DNA of 61,129 bases, filler included, from Catajapyx aquilonaris (lineage: Eukaryota), in the NCBI GenBank assembly GCA_000934665.2. It is 3 parts of 3 records of this genome, joined end to end, with 100 filler letters (N's around TTAATTAATTAA, not from the genome) between each part and the next. Parts side by side here need not be neighbours in the genome. Positions count along the whole stretch, not along the records: positions 20,414 to 40,727 come from JYFJ02006294.1; 2 more parts are not named here. One strand, 5' to 3'. A model generated the notes under the pieces. The model saw nothing but the letters and a program-made list of their open reading frames with translations. It did no database searches and had not been told where the DNA came from. This document shows positions 26,897-38,910 of this stretch, in pieces. How positions within the stretch are numbered: position 1 is the first letter of the stretch; each line of letters starts with the position of its first letter. The position numbers and the translations under genes were made by a program.

Positions 26897-27415
26897 TGTG
26901 ACCCGAGCGGCTGGGTACATACAGAAGAAAAAGCAAGTGAGGTTTGTTCAAGCACAGTGAGTTTATTTGCAAGCAAATGAGTACGTAAGGATAAAAAGGT
27001 TAAGGAGGGAATTTAAGGTAACCAGAAAGGTAGCAATGATAACCAGGTATGGGTAGGTAACCTCCGGAGAGGAGTGACTGTTGACCAGGATATTCTCCTG
27101 GCTACTAAGCCTCGAGTGTTGGTCAGCGGCTGGTTATATAGGTAGTGCCCCAATGCGAGGTGGGTATGGATGTTGGCAGGAGTCACGTGACAGGTATGCG
27201 GCACGTGGGAAGCCAAGTTGGAAAAGTACATGTACAGTGTGGTACAAAATAACATCCGTTAAGTGCCCACTTAACGGATGTTATTTTGTACCACACTGTA
27301 CATGTACTTTTCCAACTTGGCTTCCCACGTGCCGCATACCAACTTTGTGACCGAATTTTATCGTGCCCATATGATGCCCCAGGGCATCATATGGGCACGA
27401 TAAAATTCGGTCACA
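26897..27415 (-). repeat. 5' LTR carrying two inverted duplications
   Basis: Matches the other LTR up to 27265; inverted segments at 27266-27340 and 27343-27381; then resumes to GGTCACA. Confidence 0.9.
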
Positions 27416-28593
27416 AAGCCATTAAAATCTTACCCATACAGGTCTTGCTCTCCTCGAAATGTCTAAAATCTAAGAGATGGCTCTGCTGTTATGCAGGAGT
27501 TCAATTTTTCCTCCTCTTGCGGTGCTCCTTTAAATTTTAAATCGACCTGGCTGATCAAAAAGGCAAGGAGTTTATAAACACTTTCACCCTTACATTCTCC
27601 ACCTGACCTTTTATTTTAAAGAAAAAAAAAAACACTTCTACAAACTTTTCATTAAAAAGGGCACACAGTACATTAATTCTAATGAACACATATGAATTGC
27701 CCAACAGTTTCCCATATTAATCCCCTATAATGTGCTGCACAAATCCACAGATCCAAGCTCGCAATATAGTCACTCATCATCACTCCTTTTCCAACCCTCC
27801 TTTTTTCTCTTCACCAGCTTCCACTAACAGACTTTCCACACCATCCCACATCCAGATACAATTCAATCTATCAGTGGGTGTCCACTACACTCTGTACATA
27901 CAAATAACACTACGCAAACTCACAAAGGCCCAACGATTTTGCGTAAAAACCACACCACTTCCCAAATTAAGGAGCAGAAAGCTCACAAACCAGTGCAGTG
28001 GCAGGTTAGGGTCCAGTGTTGGATCACACAGTTACAATCTGAATACTGTTTCAGTTTGTTGATATGGCATGTGATTTACCATTTACCTTTAACAATAAGT
28101 TACAACATTGCAGAAATCTGGCATAGTCGTATGTTAATTTCTGCTCCAAAGGCAGGTGCTTCCTCTGAGACAATTTACAACAGGGCTTCCCAAACTGTGG
28201 GTTGCAAACTTAATATGTGGGGTCGACAGGGAGGGAAAAAAATTATTTTCATAAAATGATAATTATCTCTCTTGAAAATTAGGCCCGTAAGGTAAGTTAA
28301 AGATCAATTGAGATACTCAACAATAGTTATTATCAATGGTTTTCATTTCCCCCTCTTTCCATGTTGGGCGATCAAAATGCGCACATCTGGGGCGTCGCGA
28401 ATTTTACGCGACGATTTTTCGGGTCTCCAACGAAAAAAAAAATCGGAAAAAGCACTGATTTCCCAGGTTTCTCTCGAGAGTATTCCCACGCCCACACAGA
28501 TCAGCATAATATGGTGAATGTTGCTGCGTACAAAGTTCGGTGAACACTTTGCAGGTTCCCGTGAAACCAATGGGATGACTGATAATAATCAGT

Positions 28594-29158
28594 TCACAGC
28601 TATCTCGGCCCAACTATGGTAAAACCCAGTATTTGACATTTGGCGGGAAATTCAGGTTTCACCATACGTACATGGAGGGACAAACTGCATGCATAAAAAA
28701 ATCCTCAACATGCCTGACGGCACGGAAGGGGGTGGTTTGAAGTAGGTGAAACCCAGTATGTACCCTAATTTGCGACCTTGATCGATGTAAAACCCAGTAA
28801 GTGCCACGAAAGACAGGGAACGTACACCAGAAGAGTGCGAACGCCTGCACATCCTGGGTATTCTACAATACAATATAATGCAAATTGCAATAATTAGGCT
28901 TAAAAGTACCCAGTTTCTACATCGGTAGTTTAATTACACCTAATTGTGATGATGACTTGATAATGATGATGACTTGATGATGACGACGACGTATTCTGTT
29001 AGGGTGTATTTTTCCATGCAGTTATGTACGTATATGCGGACCGGGTATTACATCAAGGCTGTCTCTGTGCTGAACTTATTCGTGTTTTGGTTTTTCCTGT
29101 AGAAAATGCAAAAATGCAGATACTGGGTTGTACCGTAGTTGGGCCGATCTGTTTGGGA
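28594..29158. mobile_element. MITE with TIRs of about 35 bp, unclassified
   Basis: TCGGCCCAACTATGGTAAAACCCAGTAT / ATACTGGGTTGTACCGTAGTTGGGCCGA; internal AAACCCAGTA repeats. Confidence 0.65.
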
Positions 29159-29223
29159 TACTTCACATCTTGTGTAGACTATAACTGATTCAGCACCTAC
29201 GTGACCGGGGTCTCGACCAAAAA

Positions 29224-30807
29224 TCACTTTCCTCCGTTGTGCTTATTTCTAACATGCTGTTTCAAATCTCCTGACCGACTAAACATTTTCCTGCAAATCT
29301 GGCAACTGAATGGCTTCTCCCCTGTGTGGGTCCTCATGTGTGTATTCAAACTCATTGAATGACTAAACTTTCTCTTGCAAATTGAGCAACTGAATGGCTT
29401 CTCCCCTGTGTGGGTCCTCATGTGGATATTCAAAGTTCCTGACTCTCTAAACTTTCTCTCACAAACCTGACACTTGAATGGCTTCTCCCCTGTGTGAGTC
29501 CTCATATGCCCATTCAAATGTCCTGACATACGAAACTTTCTCTTGCAAATCTGACAACTGTAAGGCTTCTCACCTGTGTGAATTTTCATATGTGTTCTTA
29601 AAGTAGACGAGTGTCTAAATTTTCGATTGCAAATTACACAACTGAATGGCTTCTCCCCTGTGTGAACACTCATGTGCCTATTCAAATGTTCTGACCGGTT
29701 AAACTTTTTGTTGCAAACCAGGCAGCTGAATGGCTTCTCCCCTGTATGGGTCCTCATGTGGACATTCAAACTTCCTGACTGACTAAACTTTCTCTCGCAA
29801 ACCTTGCAACTGAAAGGCTTCTCCCCTGTGTGGGTCCTCATGTGTAAATTCAAATGTCCTGACGCACTGAACTTTTTCTTGCAAATCTGACAACTATAAG
29901 GCTTCTCCCCCGTGTGGGTCCTCATGTGTAAATTCAAATTTCCTGACCGACTAAACATTTTCTTGCAAATTGAGCAACTGAATGGCTTCTCCCCTGTGTG
30001 GGTCCTCATGTGGTTATTCAAATGTCCTGGCCAGTTAAACTTTTTGTTGCAAACCAGGCAGCTGAATGGTTTCTCCCCTGTGTGAATCCTCATATGGATA
30101 CTCAAATTTCTTGACTGAGCAAACTTTCTCTTGCAAATCTGACAACTGAATGGCTTCTCACCTGTGTGCCTCCTCATATGCATTCTTATGAGAAGTGCGC
30201 TTCTAAATTTCATTTTGCAAACCTGGCAACAGAATGGCTTCTCTCCAGTGTGCAATCTCATATGTGATTTCAAATCTCCTGACTGAGTAAACCTTTTATT
30301 GCAAACTCTGCAATTGAATGGCTGCTCTCCTGTGTGAAGCATCATATGGAATTTCAAATACGACTGTCTATACTTTTTCTTACAAATCAAGCAACTGTAT
30401 TGCTTCTCTCCTGTGTGAACTATCATATGACTATTCAACCGTCCTGAACCACTAAACCTTTTCATGCAAACCTGGCAACTGAATGGCTTCTCCCCTGTGT
30501 GAACCCTCATGTGGATATTCAAATTGCATGACACACTGAACTTTCTCTCACACACCTTGCAACTGAATGGCCTTTCCCCTGTGTGGGTTCTCATGTGTGT
30601 ATTCAAACTTCCTGACTGACTAAACCTTTTCTCGCAAATCTGACAACTGTAAGGCTTCTCTCCTGTGTGCGTTCTCAGGTGAGTTTGCAATCGACGCCAG
30701 GAACTGAACTTCTTCTTGCAGATCTGACACTTGTTCCCTTTCAAGTGTATCCCTCTGCCCATGTTTTTCTGGGTCCCATTCTTCATATTCTCTTGATGAC
30801 ATTTTCC
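29224..30807 (-). CDS. C2H2 zinc-finger gene, last exon (18 tandem fingers)
   Basis: CxxC..H..H repeats with TGEKP-type linkers; acceptor tttcccatttcag|GGA in phase 0 at 30807; stop TGA. Confidence 0.95.
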   Translation of the reverse strand, partial: GKCHQENMKNGTQKNMGRGIHLKGNKCQICKKKFSSWRRLQTHLRTHTGEKPYSCQICEKRFSQSGSLNTHMRTHTGERPFSCKVCERKFSVSCNLNIHMRVHTGEKPFSCQVCMKRFSGSGRLNSHMIVHTGEKQYSCLICKKKYRQSYLKFHMMLHTGEQPFNCRVCNKRFTQSGDLKSHMRLHTGEKPFCCQVCKMKFRSALLIRMHMRRHTGEKPFSCQICKRKFAQSRNLSIHMRIHTGEKPFSCLVCNKKFNWPGHLNNHMRTHTGEKPFSCSICKKMFSRSGNLNLHMRTHTGEKPYSCQICKKKFSASGHLNLHMRTHTGEKPFSCKVCERKFSQSGSLNVHMRTHTGEKPFSCLVCNKKFNRSEHLNRHMSVHTGEKPFSCVICNRKFRHSSTLRTHMKIHTGEKPYSCQICKRKFRMSGHLNGHMRTHTGEKPFKCQVCERKFRESGTLNIHMRTHTGEKPFSCSICKRKFSHSMSLNTHMRTHTGEKPFSCQICRKMFSRSGDLKQHVRNKHNGGK

Positions 30808-30959
30808 CTGAAATGGGAAAGCATGAGCTCATGAAATTCATGAAATAAATGCAGATGAAGGGTGAATGTATAGACATGGTTTTATGACCATGCAAGATAA
30901 TTCCTGTGGCATTACATGTGCAATGGGCCAACTTTTCCTTCCATTCCCACTAATCTTAA

Positions 30960-31948
30960 TCTATATTTTAGTTCGTTTGTTTGTGAGTTTGTCAGTTTGG
31001 ATGTTTGTCCCTTATAGAAATCCAGGGGAAGGCCCCTACATCGCCTTAAATTAGGATATCGGGGGTTACTTTTTCCAGGGAATCTAACGCCGCATGTTTC
31101 AGCTTCCGAAAACGAACCTAACTCCCACAACACGCATATTCCCGAATCTTCTCACTTCTTACTCAATAACAATATATCAATTTGCATTCCCATGGAAATG
31201 CCCTTTTAAAAATATGGCTATTTACCTCCCTGCATCGTACCGCAGGGAGGGAACCTTTATTTCGTCTTGATGGAACCTTTTTGACGTAGCGCCTGGGCCC
31301 ACGGGCAGGGTGACTAAGGTGCAAGTGCAATTCTCAAAGGGTACATTTTGTGAACTCCCCCGGGTGGATTAGTCTGCGGAGATTCCACCCGAAACGAAGC
31401 CAGAGACGACCCAACTCTGCACGAGATGAAGGGGGGAACCCCGGGCTGGAATCGAACCCGGGACCTTAACATCCGTGGGCACATTTCCGCAGCGCCACTT
31501 CGTCTCCCCTACGAAAGGCCCTTATGCAACAATGCCTAGCAAGTTAAACCATCTCCGTAAATTCAACGCATCCACCAATTACGCTAATTGGCCACCTCAC
31601 GTGAGTTCATATCTTACGGTAATTCCGGGATTTTGTGGGATTTGAAAGTAGACTTCCAGGCAAAAGTAAATACAATAAAATAATACAGTATTTACAAATA
31701 TTACTCCGTGTTGAACAAAATTTTCCACCATGCATCTGTACGTACATTTCTGAAGTTCTTTAGAGCAAACATATAGAACGAGGTGGGGGTGTGATTGTAA
31801 CTTATAAGGCCTATTTTAAGACGTATCGAGTTTCGAGTGTATGGACGGGAAATTTTGACAAACAAACACACTTCCTAATATACTGTATATGTACCCCTAC
31901 CTTTACCCGCACCCCAACATACCCGGGCAACGCCGGGTAACCTGATAG
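30960..31948 (+). mobile_element. Non-autonomous Helitron in a zinc-finger gene intron, with a nested SINE
   Basis: A|TCTATATT start followed by GTTT-like microsatellite; 3' hairpin CCCGGGCAACGCCGGG then ATAG|T (degenerate CTAG). Confidence 0.6.
31270..31510 (-). mobile_element. tRNA-derived SINE family B
   Basis: Pol III B box GGTTCGATTCC (31448-31458, minus); shares TGCACTTGCACC with family A. Confidence 0.55.
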
Positions 31949-32223
31949 TTTCCATTAAAATCATTCATTCAGGATGCAGGAGAGTAGGCCACATGTATAT
32001 ATACAGAAAGGCTCAATTTCCTGATTTCCGTCTACCAGAAGTACCGGAAGAAGTGTTTGACTCGATTGTGACAATTGAATGCTCGAATCTAAGAGTAGCT
32101 CAGTAGGCAAATGTCCTTAACTGGATTTTTTTTTAACGCCAAAACGAGGAACATTGTAAGTGTGATAGTGACAGTTATTTTTAAGTTTTGAACACCTTTC
32201 GTGGCTGCATATAAAGGTAGGCA

Positions 32224-32463
32224 GGGGAGGTGTGGTGGACGAGATGGTAACATCTCGGCTTGCTGAGTTAAAGGGCCCAGGTTCGATCCCCGCCTGGGAG
32301 TTCCCTTTCGCCTGCGTCAGGATCAGGAGGGTCTCTGACCTGCACCAAGGAGATGTCTGGCAACCTAACCTCCTGGGGAACAACACATGACCCCTTTCAG
32401 ACAATGCACTTGCACCGATGTTCCCTCCCCAAAAATCCCTATCCTCACCCTATGTACTTGTTG
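32224..32463 (+). mobile_element. tRNA-derived SINE family A with intact head
   Basis: A-box-like TGGACGAGATGG and B box GGTTCGATCCC; body shared with two other copies in the window. Confidence 0.8.
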
Positions 32464-32839
32464 NCCCCCCCCCCCCCCAATCAAGTCCTATCTTCAGCGG
32501 ATACACGCCTATTCTATAGCGGATCTACTCCTACAAGAGTAAAGTAAAAGTACGGGTGTCTCCAGTTACGAATTCGTAGCCAAACAGTGCATTAAGTGCC
32601 AAAAAGAGCATTAAGGAGCAGAATAGCATCAGCCGTCACTGAGTTGCGAATATAGCAGTATTGCAATAGCCGCTACTGAGTAGCCAGTTATTTGTCAGTA
32701 AGAACAGTTTAAATAACAGGTATTGCGAAGTAAGTGTTATTTCCAACCCAGAGATGCGACGCACAGTGGCCGGGATAGAGGTCAAGCACGGACAAAATTC
32801 CAAAACAATAATGAAATTAATATGTCTCGACAAAAACCA

Positions 32840-33062
32840 GGATTCTGGGGTTTCATCGGTCGCTGATTTCGCATCTGTTGCCAGAATTTCAAAATTCCAT
32901 ATGGAGGATCCAATATGGCGGACATGTTAAACTAAAACTTTCAATTTATACCCAAAATTGGGATTCTGGGGTATTCCTAGTCGCTGAATTCGAATCCCTC
33001 GTTATAAATTCGAATCAACGAGATATGGCGGATCCAATAGGGCCGACAGGTTAACTAAAAAC
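32840..33062. repeat. Two diverged tandem units of about 120 bp
   Basis: GGATTCTGGGG..TCGCTGA..GGATCCAATA..AACTAAAAC occurs twice. Confidence 0.6.
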
Positions 33063-33345
33063 TGCTCACTGTAAACCCAACATTGCGACCTAATTCAGAC
33101 ACTACATTTCAAAATGTACCGTTTCTGAACAGCAGCGCTACCAATCTTGCTGTTTTATGAGAAATTTGGTTTGAAGACTAAAGCAATGCAATGTGACTGT
33201 AGCTATACGAAAATTGTATTGCACAGAATGGTACATGCATCACATATGTACAGTTCATTCTGTTTACATTTTCATAGCGCCGCGGATATGCCAGGAGCCG
33301 ATGAATGTGTCATCTTCACAGTCGAGTGCTATTTAACCCTTAACT

Positions 33346-33892
33346 ACGTTTTCGATGTCGGTTCGATGTCGGTTTTCGGTTTTTTTCAATGTCGGTTCGA
33401 TGTCGGTTTTCGCATTTTTTCGATCACCATTTCCAAGTCCGATTTGCGATGGCCCGTGACGTGCACCCAGGTGTGCGCGTATGACCCTGGCTTCTGCCAT
33501 CTGGAACCTGCCTACCCGGATCAGCCCTTATCTCTCAAGAGCAGTCACCTACTGGAATATAATCATCCTTTATTCTATCAAATAACAAAAACACCCAATA
33601 TTTTTACATGATTCACCTTATCACGACTTGAGAATATGCCGAATATATATGGGTCATTGTGATGGTGGTCAGGCTTTAGGAATAACTAAACCGGAGCATA
33701 TCGAGAAAAAAAACCGAAAACTGGCATCGAACCGACATCGAACCAACATCGAAAAAAAACGAAAACCGACATCGAAAAATATCGAAAACCGATATTCGAT
33801 ATATCGAACATGCCAAGCGTTGGATATCGCAACTTCGATATTAGGAAAATATCGTATCGACAGTCGATATATCGAAATATCGCACAGCCCTA
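33346..33892. mobile_element. hAT-like non-autonomous fragment
   Basis: Ends ATATCGCACAGCCCTA with many ATCG/CGAT subterminal repeats; internal inverted repeat 33346-33424 / 33700-33785; left TIR not found. Confidence 0.55.
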
Positions 33893-34089
33893 CTCAGAGG
33901 AGCCAACCCCCCACTTTCCACGCCCACTCCCCCTCTGGCGGGAGGGAGCCAATGGGAGGCCTTGATTTAGGTCCTATTCTGTACTGTTGAGTTTTTGTAA
34001 ATACGCGACCCGGCCGCGGCGCAATGCGACGTGGTGGAGGGACAGGGCAGGCCGTTGGAGGGGCGGGGAGGGGTCGAGGTCACGTTCGA

Positions 34090-34850
34090 GGTGTTTGCGG
34101 GAGAGGCGGTGTTGACATCTCGCCCTCCAACATGCAACTGCGGATTGCCGCCACCCATTGCGCATGCGCTGAACTGATGCCAATCGGAAGCTTCGCCGTA
34201 ACAATATATCGCGGCAACAATAGACGTGGAACTTGGCGGTAACAACAATATGCGGCGGACCAATCAGAGGGCTCGGTCATACACCGCAAGGATTTTAGTA
34301 ATTTAAACTAGAAAAACCCTCGCTCCGCTCGAATGTTTCTATGGCACAGGCGTAGAAAACCGCTCGCTTCGCTCACGTTTTTCTACGCCTGCGGTGGACA
34401 CCGCATTTTAAAATATTTAAATCGTTTCCGACTTATAGCCAGTGATGATGCCCATCCCCCAATCATATGTGTACTCCCACCCCACCCGTTCCTCCGTCCG
34501 TGATTCTGAACTGTTATCCACGATTCCGTACTATACCTTGCGAACCGTCTGAAATCCCACCTTTGCATAGCATTGGCTGGGAAATACTCTGCATGCATTT
34601 GCTCACCTCAACATACCAATTCCCTTTGCATTATTAAAACCCCCAATAAATTATTGTACGAACAGAAAATCACAACCGCTACCGCCTCTACTCGCAGCAT
34701 GTACTCATCGCACACATGTATCTAAATTATATTATGCACACTTTCCGACCAGGTTTTGTAACTGCTCAAAATCATAACTCCCCTTTAACATAAACATCCA
34801 TGGAACTCTGCAGAAAGACGATCAAGTACTGATTTCATTATTCTTCCCGA
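34090..34850. repeat. Composite repeat with a diverged second copy at about 35950-37280 (possibly Helitron-derived)
   Basis: Shared blocks GCGGACCAATCAGAGGGCTCGG..CACCGCAAG and GCTCGCTTCGCTCACGTTTTT..GCCAGTGATGATGCCCATCCCCCAAT. Confidence 0.65.
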
Positions 34851-34962
34851 CAATTTCTTTTGAGATATTCTCGACCTATTCCCGGGTTCAGTGTTGAATA
34901 TCGCAGCCAATCCTGCTTACAAACTCTCCCTGCGGTGTTGACAGGAGGTTGACCTTCTTTAA

Positions 34963-35770
34963 CCCTTTGACGACCTACGGACATCATAATTATGATGTCC
35001 GAGCTTACATTGCTGCAGGACCTACGGACATCATAATTATGATGTCTTGAGATTTGCCCTGACAACTTGGGACATTTTTCAACTCGTAAAACTCCGACCT
35101 CACCGATGTTCTTGAAATTCGGTGCATTGGTAGCCCACCCCAAGGGATGTACACGCACCTATAGTTACCTGCTCGAAATTGACCCACATTGGAGGGGGGC
35201 ATAATTATGTCAATGCACCGAATTTCAAGAAAATCGGTGAGGGCGGAATTTGACCTCTGCCCCCCTCCAATATGGGTCGCAGGGTCCTTTTGGGCTTATG
35301 TCGGGTTTACAGGCCATTCGCCGAATCAATTAGGAAACAGTACCTGCGGCTTGCTGACCCTTCTTTGAATCGTTGTTTTGCTACTGGGTTTGAAGTTGGG
35401 GGAGTGACCAGGGACCCCGGAATTAATTCCTAGAGCTGAAGCAGAATGCAGATGGGAGCATTGTTGTCATTGTTGCCGAATCGTATGTTGCTAGGTGATG
35501 AACAAACACAACGATGAAAATGTGGAAATCGTGACTAATTGATTCGACGAATGGCCTGTAAACTCGACTTCAGCCTGACTGGACCTCTGCCCCCCTCAAA
35601 AATGGGTCACGGGGTCATTTTGATCAGGTAACGATAGATAATCCGGGTAATCCGGGCAGTCCGCGGATTATCATTCATTAATATCACTCTTCATCAAATT
35701 TCCGGAAAAGGGGAAAAAGAACTCAGGCCCTGGGGTAAGGCAATGGCTCAAAAACTCCGTCGTCAAAAGG
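34963..35770. mobile_element. piggyBac-type non-autonomous element (808 bp)
   Basis: TTAA on both sides; TIR CCCTTTGACGAC / GTCGTCAAAAGG; subterminal palindrome GACATCATAATTATGATGTC present twice. Confidence 0.8.
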
Positions 35771-36328
35771 TTAAAAAACTGAAACTATTTTGCTTTATAA
35801 ACGTCCACGGAGTTGGCAGTTTGGCACCACTGCACTGATAAACAACAGCCCGACCGTAGTCCAATGTTCCGCTTGTTTACGGCTTCCATTGAGGTCACAG
35901 TGAAGACGTGGTGGAGGATGGTGGAAGGGTGGAGGCGGGTCTTCACGGGAGAGGAGAATGATGCGTCCTCGTTGACGTCCAGCAAGGGACTGTGGCGTTC
36001 TCCCACCCATTGCGCATGCTCGGAACGGGGCCAATTGGAGGCGCCATGGTAACAATGCGTCATGGATGCGACGCAGCAACAATGGACGGGGGCCAATGGG
36101 AAGAGGTGGCGGCAACAATACGGGGGCGGACCAATCAGAGGGCTCGGCCAAACACCGCAAGCATTTTACTAATTGAGGCGATTTTTTACATGGGTTCGCA
36201 AAATTTAGGCTAGGACCCCATTATATCTTGAAAAAACATGACTCAATATTCTAAGAGCAAACCTGCTTGTCTACATCGAGATACGCTCTGCACCTAACTA
36301 AAATTAATAGACAGATATATTGCATTAC

Positions 36329-36451
36329 CTGCAGCTCAGGATTGATGTGCTTCTGCAGCATGTGCCTCTCTAGGTCCCTCTTCGTGGCAAATGCACCGTC
36401 ACAATGGGCACAGTAGAGAAGCTGGTACATCAGGATGAAGGGCTCCAATAC
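36329..36451 (-). CDS. C2H2 zinc-finger gene, middle exon (one finger CAHC..HMLQKH)
   Basis: Acceptor tctcattgtag|GTA, donor CAG|gtaatg, 123 nt, phase 0-0. Confidence 0.8.
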
Positions 36452-36758
36452 CTACAATGAGAAAGTGAGAAATTGACTTAATACTTTAAAAAACCTCGCA
36501 GGCGCAGAAAACTGCTCGCTTCGCTCACGTTTTTCTCAGCCTGCGGTGGGCACCACATTTTCAATCGCTTCAGACATATAGCCAGTGATGATGCCCATCC
36601 CCCAATGTATTCCCCACCCCCACCTGTTCCTCCATCCATGATTCCGTACTGATGTCCATAATTCCATACTACCTTGCGAACCGTCTCTAATCCCACCTTT
36701 TCATTGGCTGGGAAATATGCATTTGCCAACCTCAACATGTCCATACCTTTGGAATATA

Positions 36759-37143
36759 CAGTGTGTTTCCTGTAACTCTGTAAAGACTTGCAGGGGTAAT
36801 AGAGGGGACCAAGACAAGCATTTTTGACGTATGAACCCGTGTCCGGAAACACCAGCTAGAGGGGGTTCATAGACAAGGAACGGATGCACTCAGACGCTTC
36901 ACGCGAGAGGCGCTAGGCGATCACACATTTTTTTTGATAGATGTCGAGCAGTTGTTGCCAGGTTATGGTGTATCGCGTCGTTGTAAGCGGGGTATGCCAT
37001 AACCTGGCAACAACAGAACCGCTGTTTACTATCCGCATGTCTCCTACGAGGCAGACTTGAGTTGCTAGATGGCTCTGCTGTTGCCAGGTTATGGCCCCTA
37101 TATTACCCCTGAAAGTCTTTGCAGAGTTACAATAAACACCCTG
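36759..37143. mobile_element. Tc1/mariner-type MITE
   Basis: TA|CAGTGTGTTT...AAACACCCTG|TA; related copy starts at 40402. Confidence 0.8.
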
Positions 37144-37923
37144 TATAAATAAACATGTATCTAAATTATATGCACACTTACCGACCACGTTTTTCTAACT
37201 GCTCATAACTCCCCTTTATTATAAACACCCATGGAACTCGGCAGTGTTTCAGTGTTTGTATGGTTATTAGATGATCAAAAACTGTGTTCATTCTTCCCGC
37301 CACTTGTAAGCATCATTATACGCAACATTATTCCTGCAACAACTGCAATGTCACATAAAATCACCCACACACCACCCATAAGACAACTGAAAAATAATTG
37401 GGCAGAGTAGCCTTCTCATGGTAGGTTCCCACGAAACGGCTAAATAACTGTGAATGTGATTAGGAATGGACTGTATTAAATATGTCATGTAGAACAAAGC
37501 CGGTTTCTTCCACGTCATAAGGTAATTCGTCAATAAAAATGCCAAGTTATGAATCCAGTGATGCTTACAAGCACTTCAAGGACACCTCCTTCCCTTCCTT
37601 CACCTTGATAAAACACACTGTTTATAATCACATGCATGATCTGTCCAAGTCACTGGCTCAAAATTATGAAAAAATGCAATTGCATTAATTTTTCCTGTAG
37701 AAAAAGGCGCCGTTCGTGGACCATCCGATTTTTATTTGTCAGAACACAAGGAGATGATCCAAAAATGAAGGCATAATTTACCTCTTGCATTAAAATAAAT
37801 ATGACTGGAGAGTTCCTATGACATTTTGCGGCCATTTGGAAAAAGGATCAAAATCCTTGTATTTAGACCTGCTTTTCACAACTCAATAGGTATGGAAAAA
37901 AAAGTTTCACTTATTAGCAGGAT

Positions 37924-38777
37924 GGCTCCCAATACCTATGCGATTTTTCAGAATCGCGGGCCAAGTTTGGCGGAGTCATGGGTGCAGCGTTCTCTTGGCA
38001 CCGCCGATGCGGGAGGTCTTGCTGGAGGTACGGACCTGAAATTTTCACAGCCTGGCGAGGAAGGGCCAATTGAGCCCCCGATGGAGTTTTGATAAATTAG
38101 ATTAATTGGGAGGGGGAGGAGCTTTTGAAAAACGGTTCACGACATCTTGGCTCCGGATTCGAATTCGGGGAATACCTCGACAGTGTGCGATCGCAAAAGT
38201 TGTCCTCTCTCACTCATCCAAAGCGCACCTTATTTGGGCTATTGGTTTTTGCCCACCTCACCTCGTAAAATCGGCGGAGAACTTTCGATCGTAGAACCAG
38301 GTAGAACAGTTGGTTGCCTGTCCAGGTTGCCAGGGAACCGGTTTGGGCTAAATAATTTAAAACACGCGTGGGCAACAGGGAACCAACTATTCTATTTTAG
38401 AAGTTCTCCCTCAGATTTTACGAGGTGAGGTGGTGAAACCATTTAAATAGCTGTGCAAAATCCAATAGCCCAAATTAATTGTGCTTTGGAGGAGTAAGAG
38501 AGGACAACTTTTGCCATTGCACACTGTCAAGCTATTTCCCGAATTCGCATCCGGAGCCAAGATGTCGTGAGCCGTTTTTCAAAAACCCCTCCGCTCGTAG
38601 ATCTCCGAAACTCCATTGGGGGCTCAATTATTGCCCCTTCCTCGCCAGGCTGTGAAAATTTCAGGTCCGTACCTCCAGAGCGACGCCCGCATCGGCGGTG
38701 AGAAGAAAACGCTGCACCCGTGACTCGGCCAAACTTGGCCAGCGATTCTGAAAAATCGCATAGAAATATCCGGCGCC
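37924..38777. mobile_element. Large fold-back MITE (arms about 350 bp), possibly Kolobok-like
   Basis: 37933-38272 is an inverted copy of 38414-38763; right end GGCGCC|TTAA; left end degenerate. Confidence 0.7.
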
Positions 38778-38910
38778 TTAACACTCCCACTAAAAAGTAT
38801 CACAAAACACAAATGTCAAGACACGAGTAGATCCTTGAGGTTGGTTAAAACTGCTTTTGGCACCCCCATTCTCACCCAATCATGCAAATATGTCCAGTTT
38901 GCTTTCTCAC

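Larger units (their letters stand above)
23742..27415 (-). mobile_element. Gypsy/Ty3 LTR retrotransposon, internally deleted (gag, protease and RT missing)
   Basis: Two LTRs TGTGACC...GGTCACA, 4-bp TSD AAGC (23738-23741 and 27416-27419), PBS, PPT, RNaseH-then-integrase domain order. Confidence 0.95.

Noticed and set aside
32224..32300. Possible tRNA gene
   Set aside because: No convincing cloverleaf or poly-T terminator; continues into a multi-copy SINE body
33346..33890. Short repeated CGATGTCGGTT/ATCG motifs as a CRISPR-like array
   Set aside because: No constant repeat with unique spacers and no cas genes; fits transposon subterminal repeats
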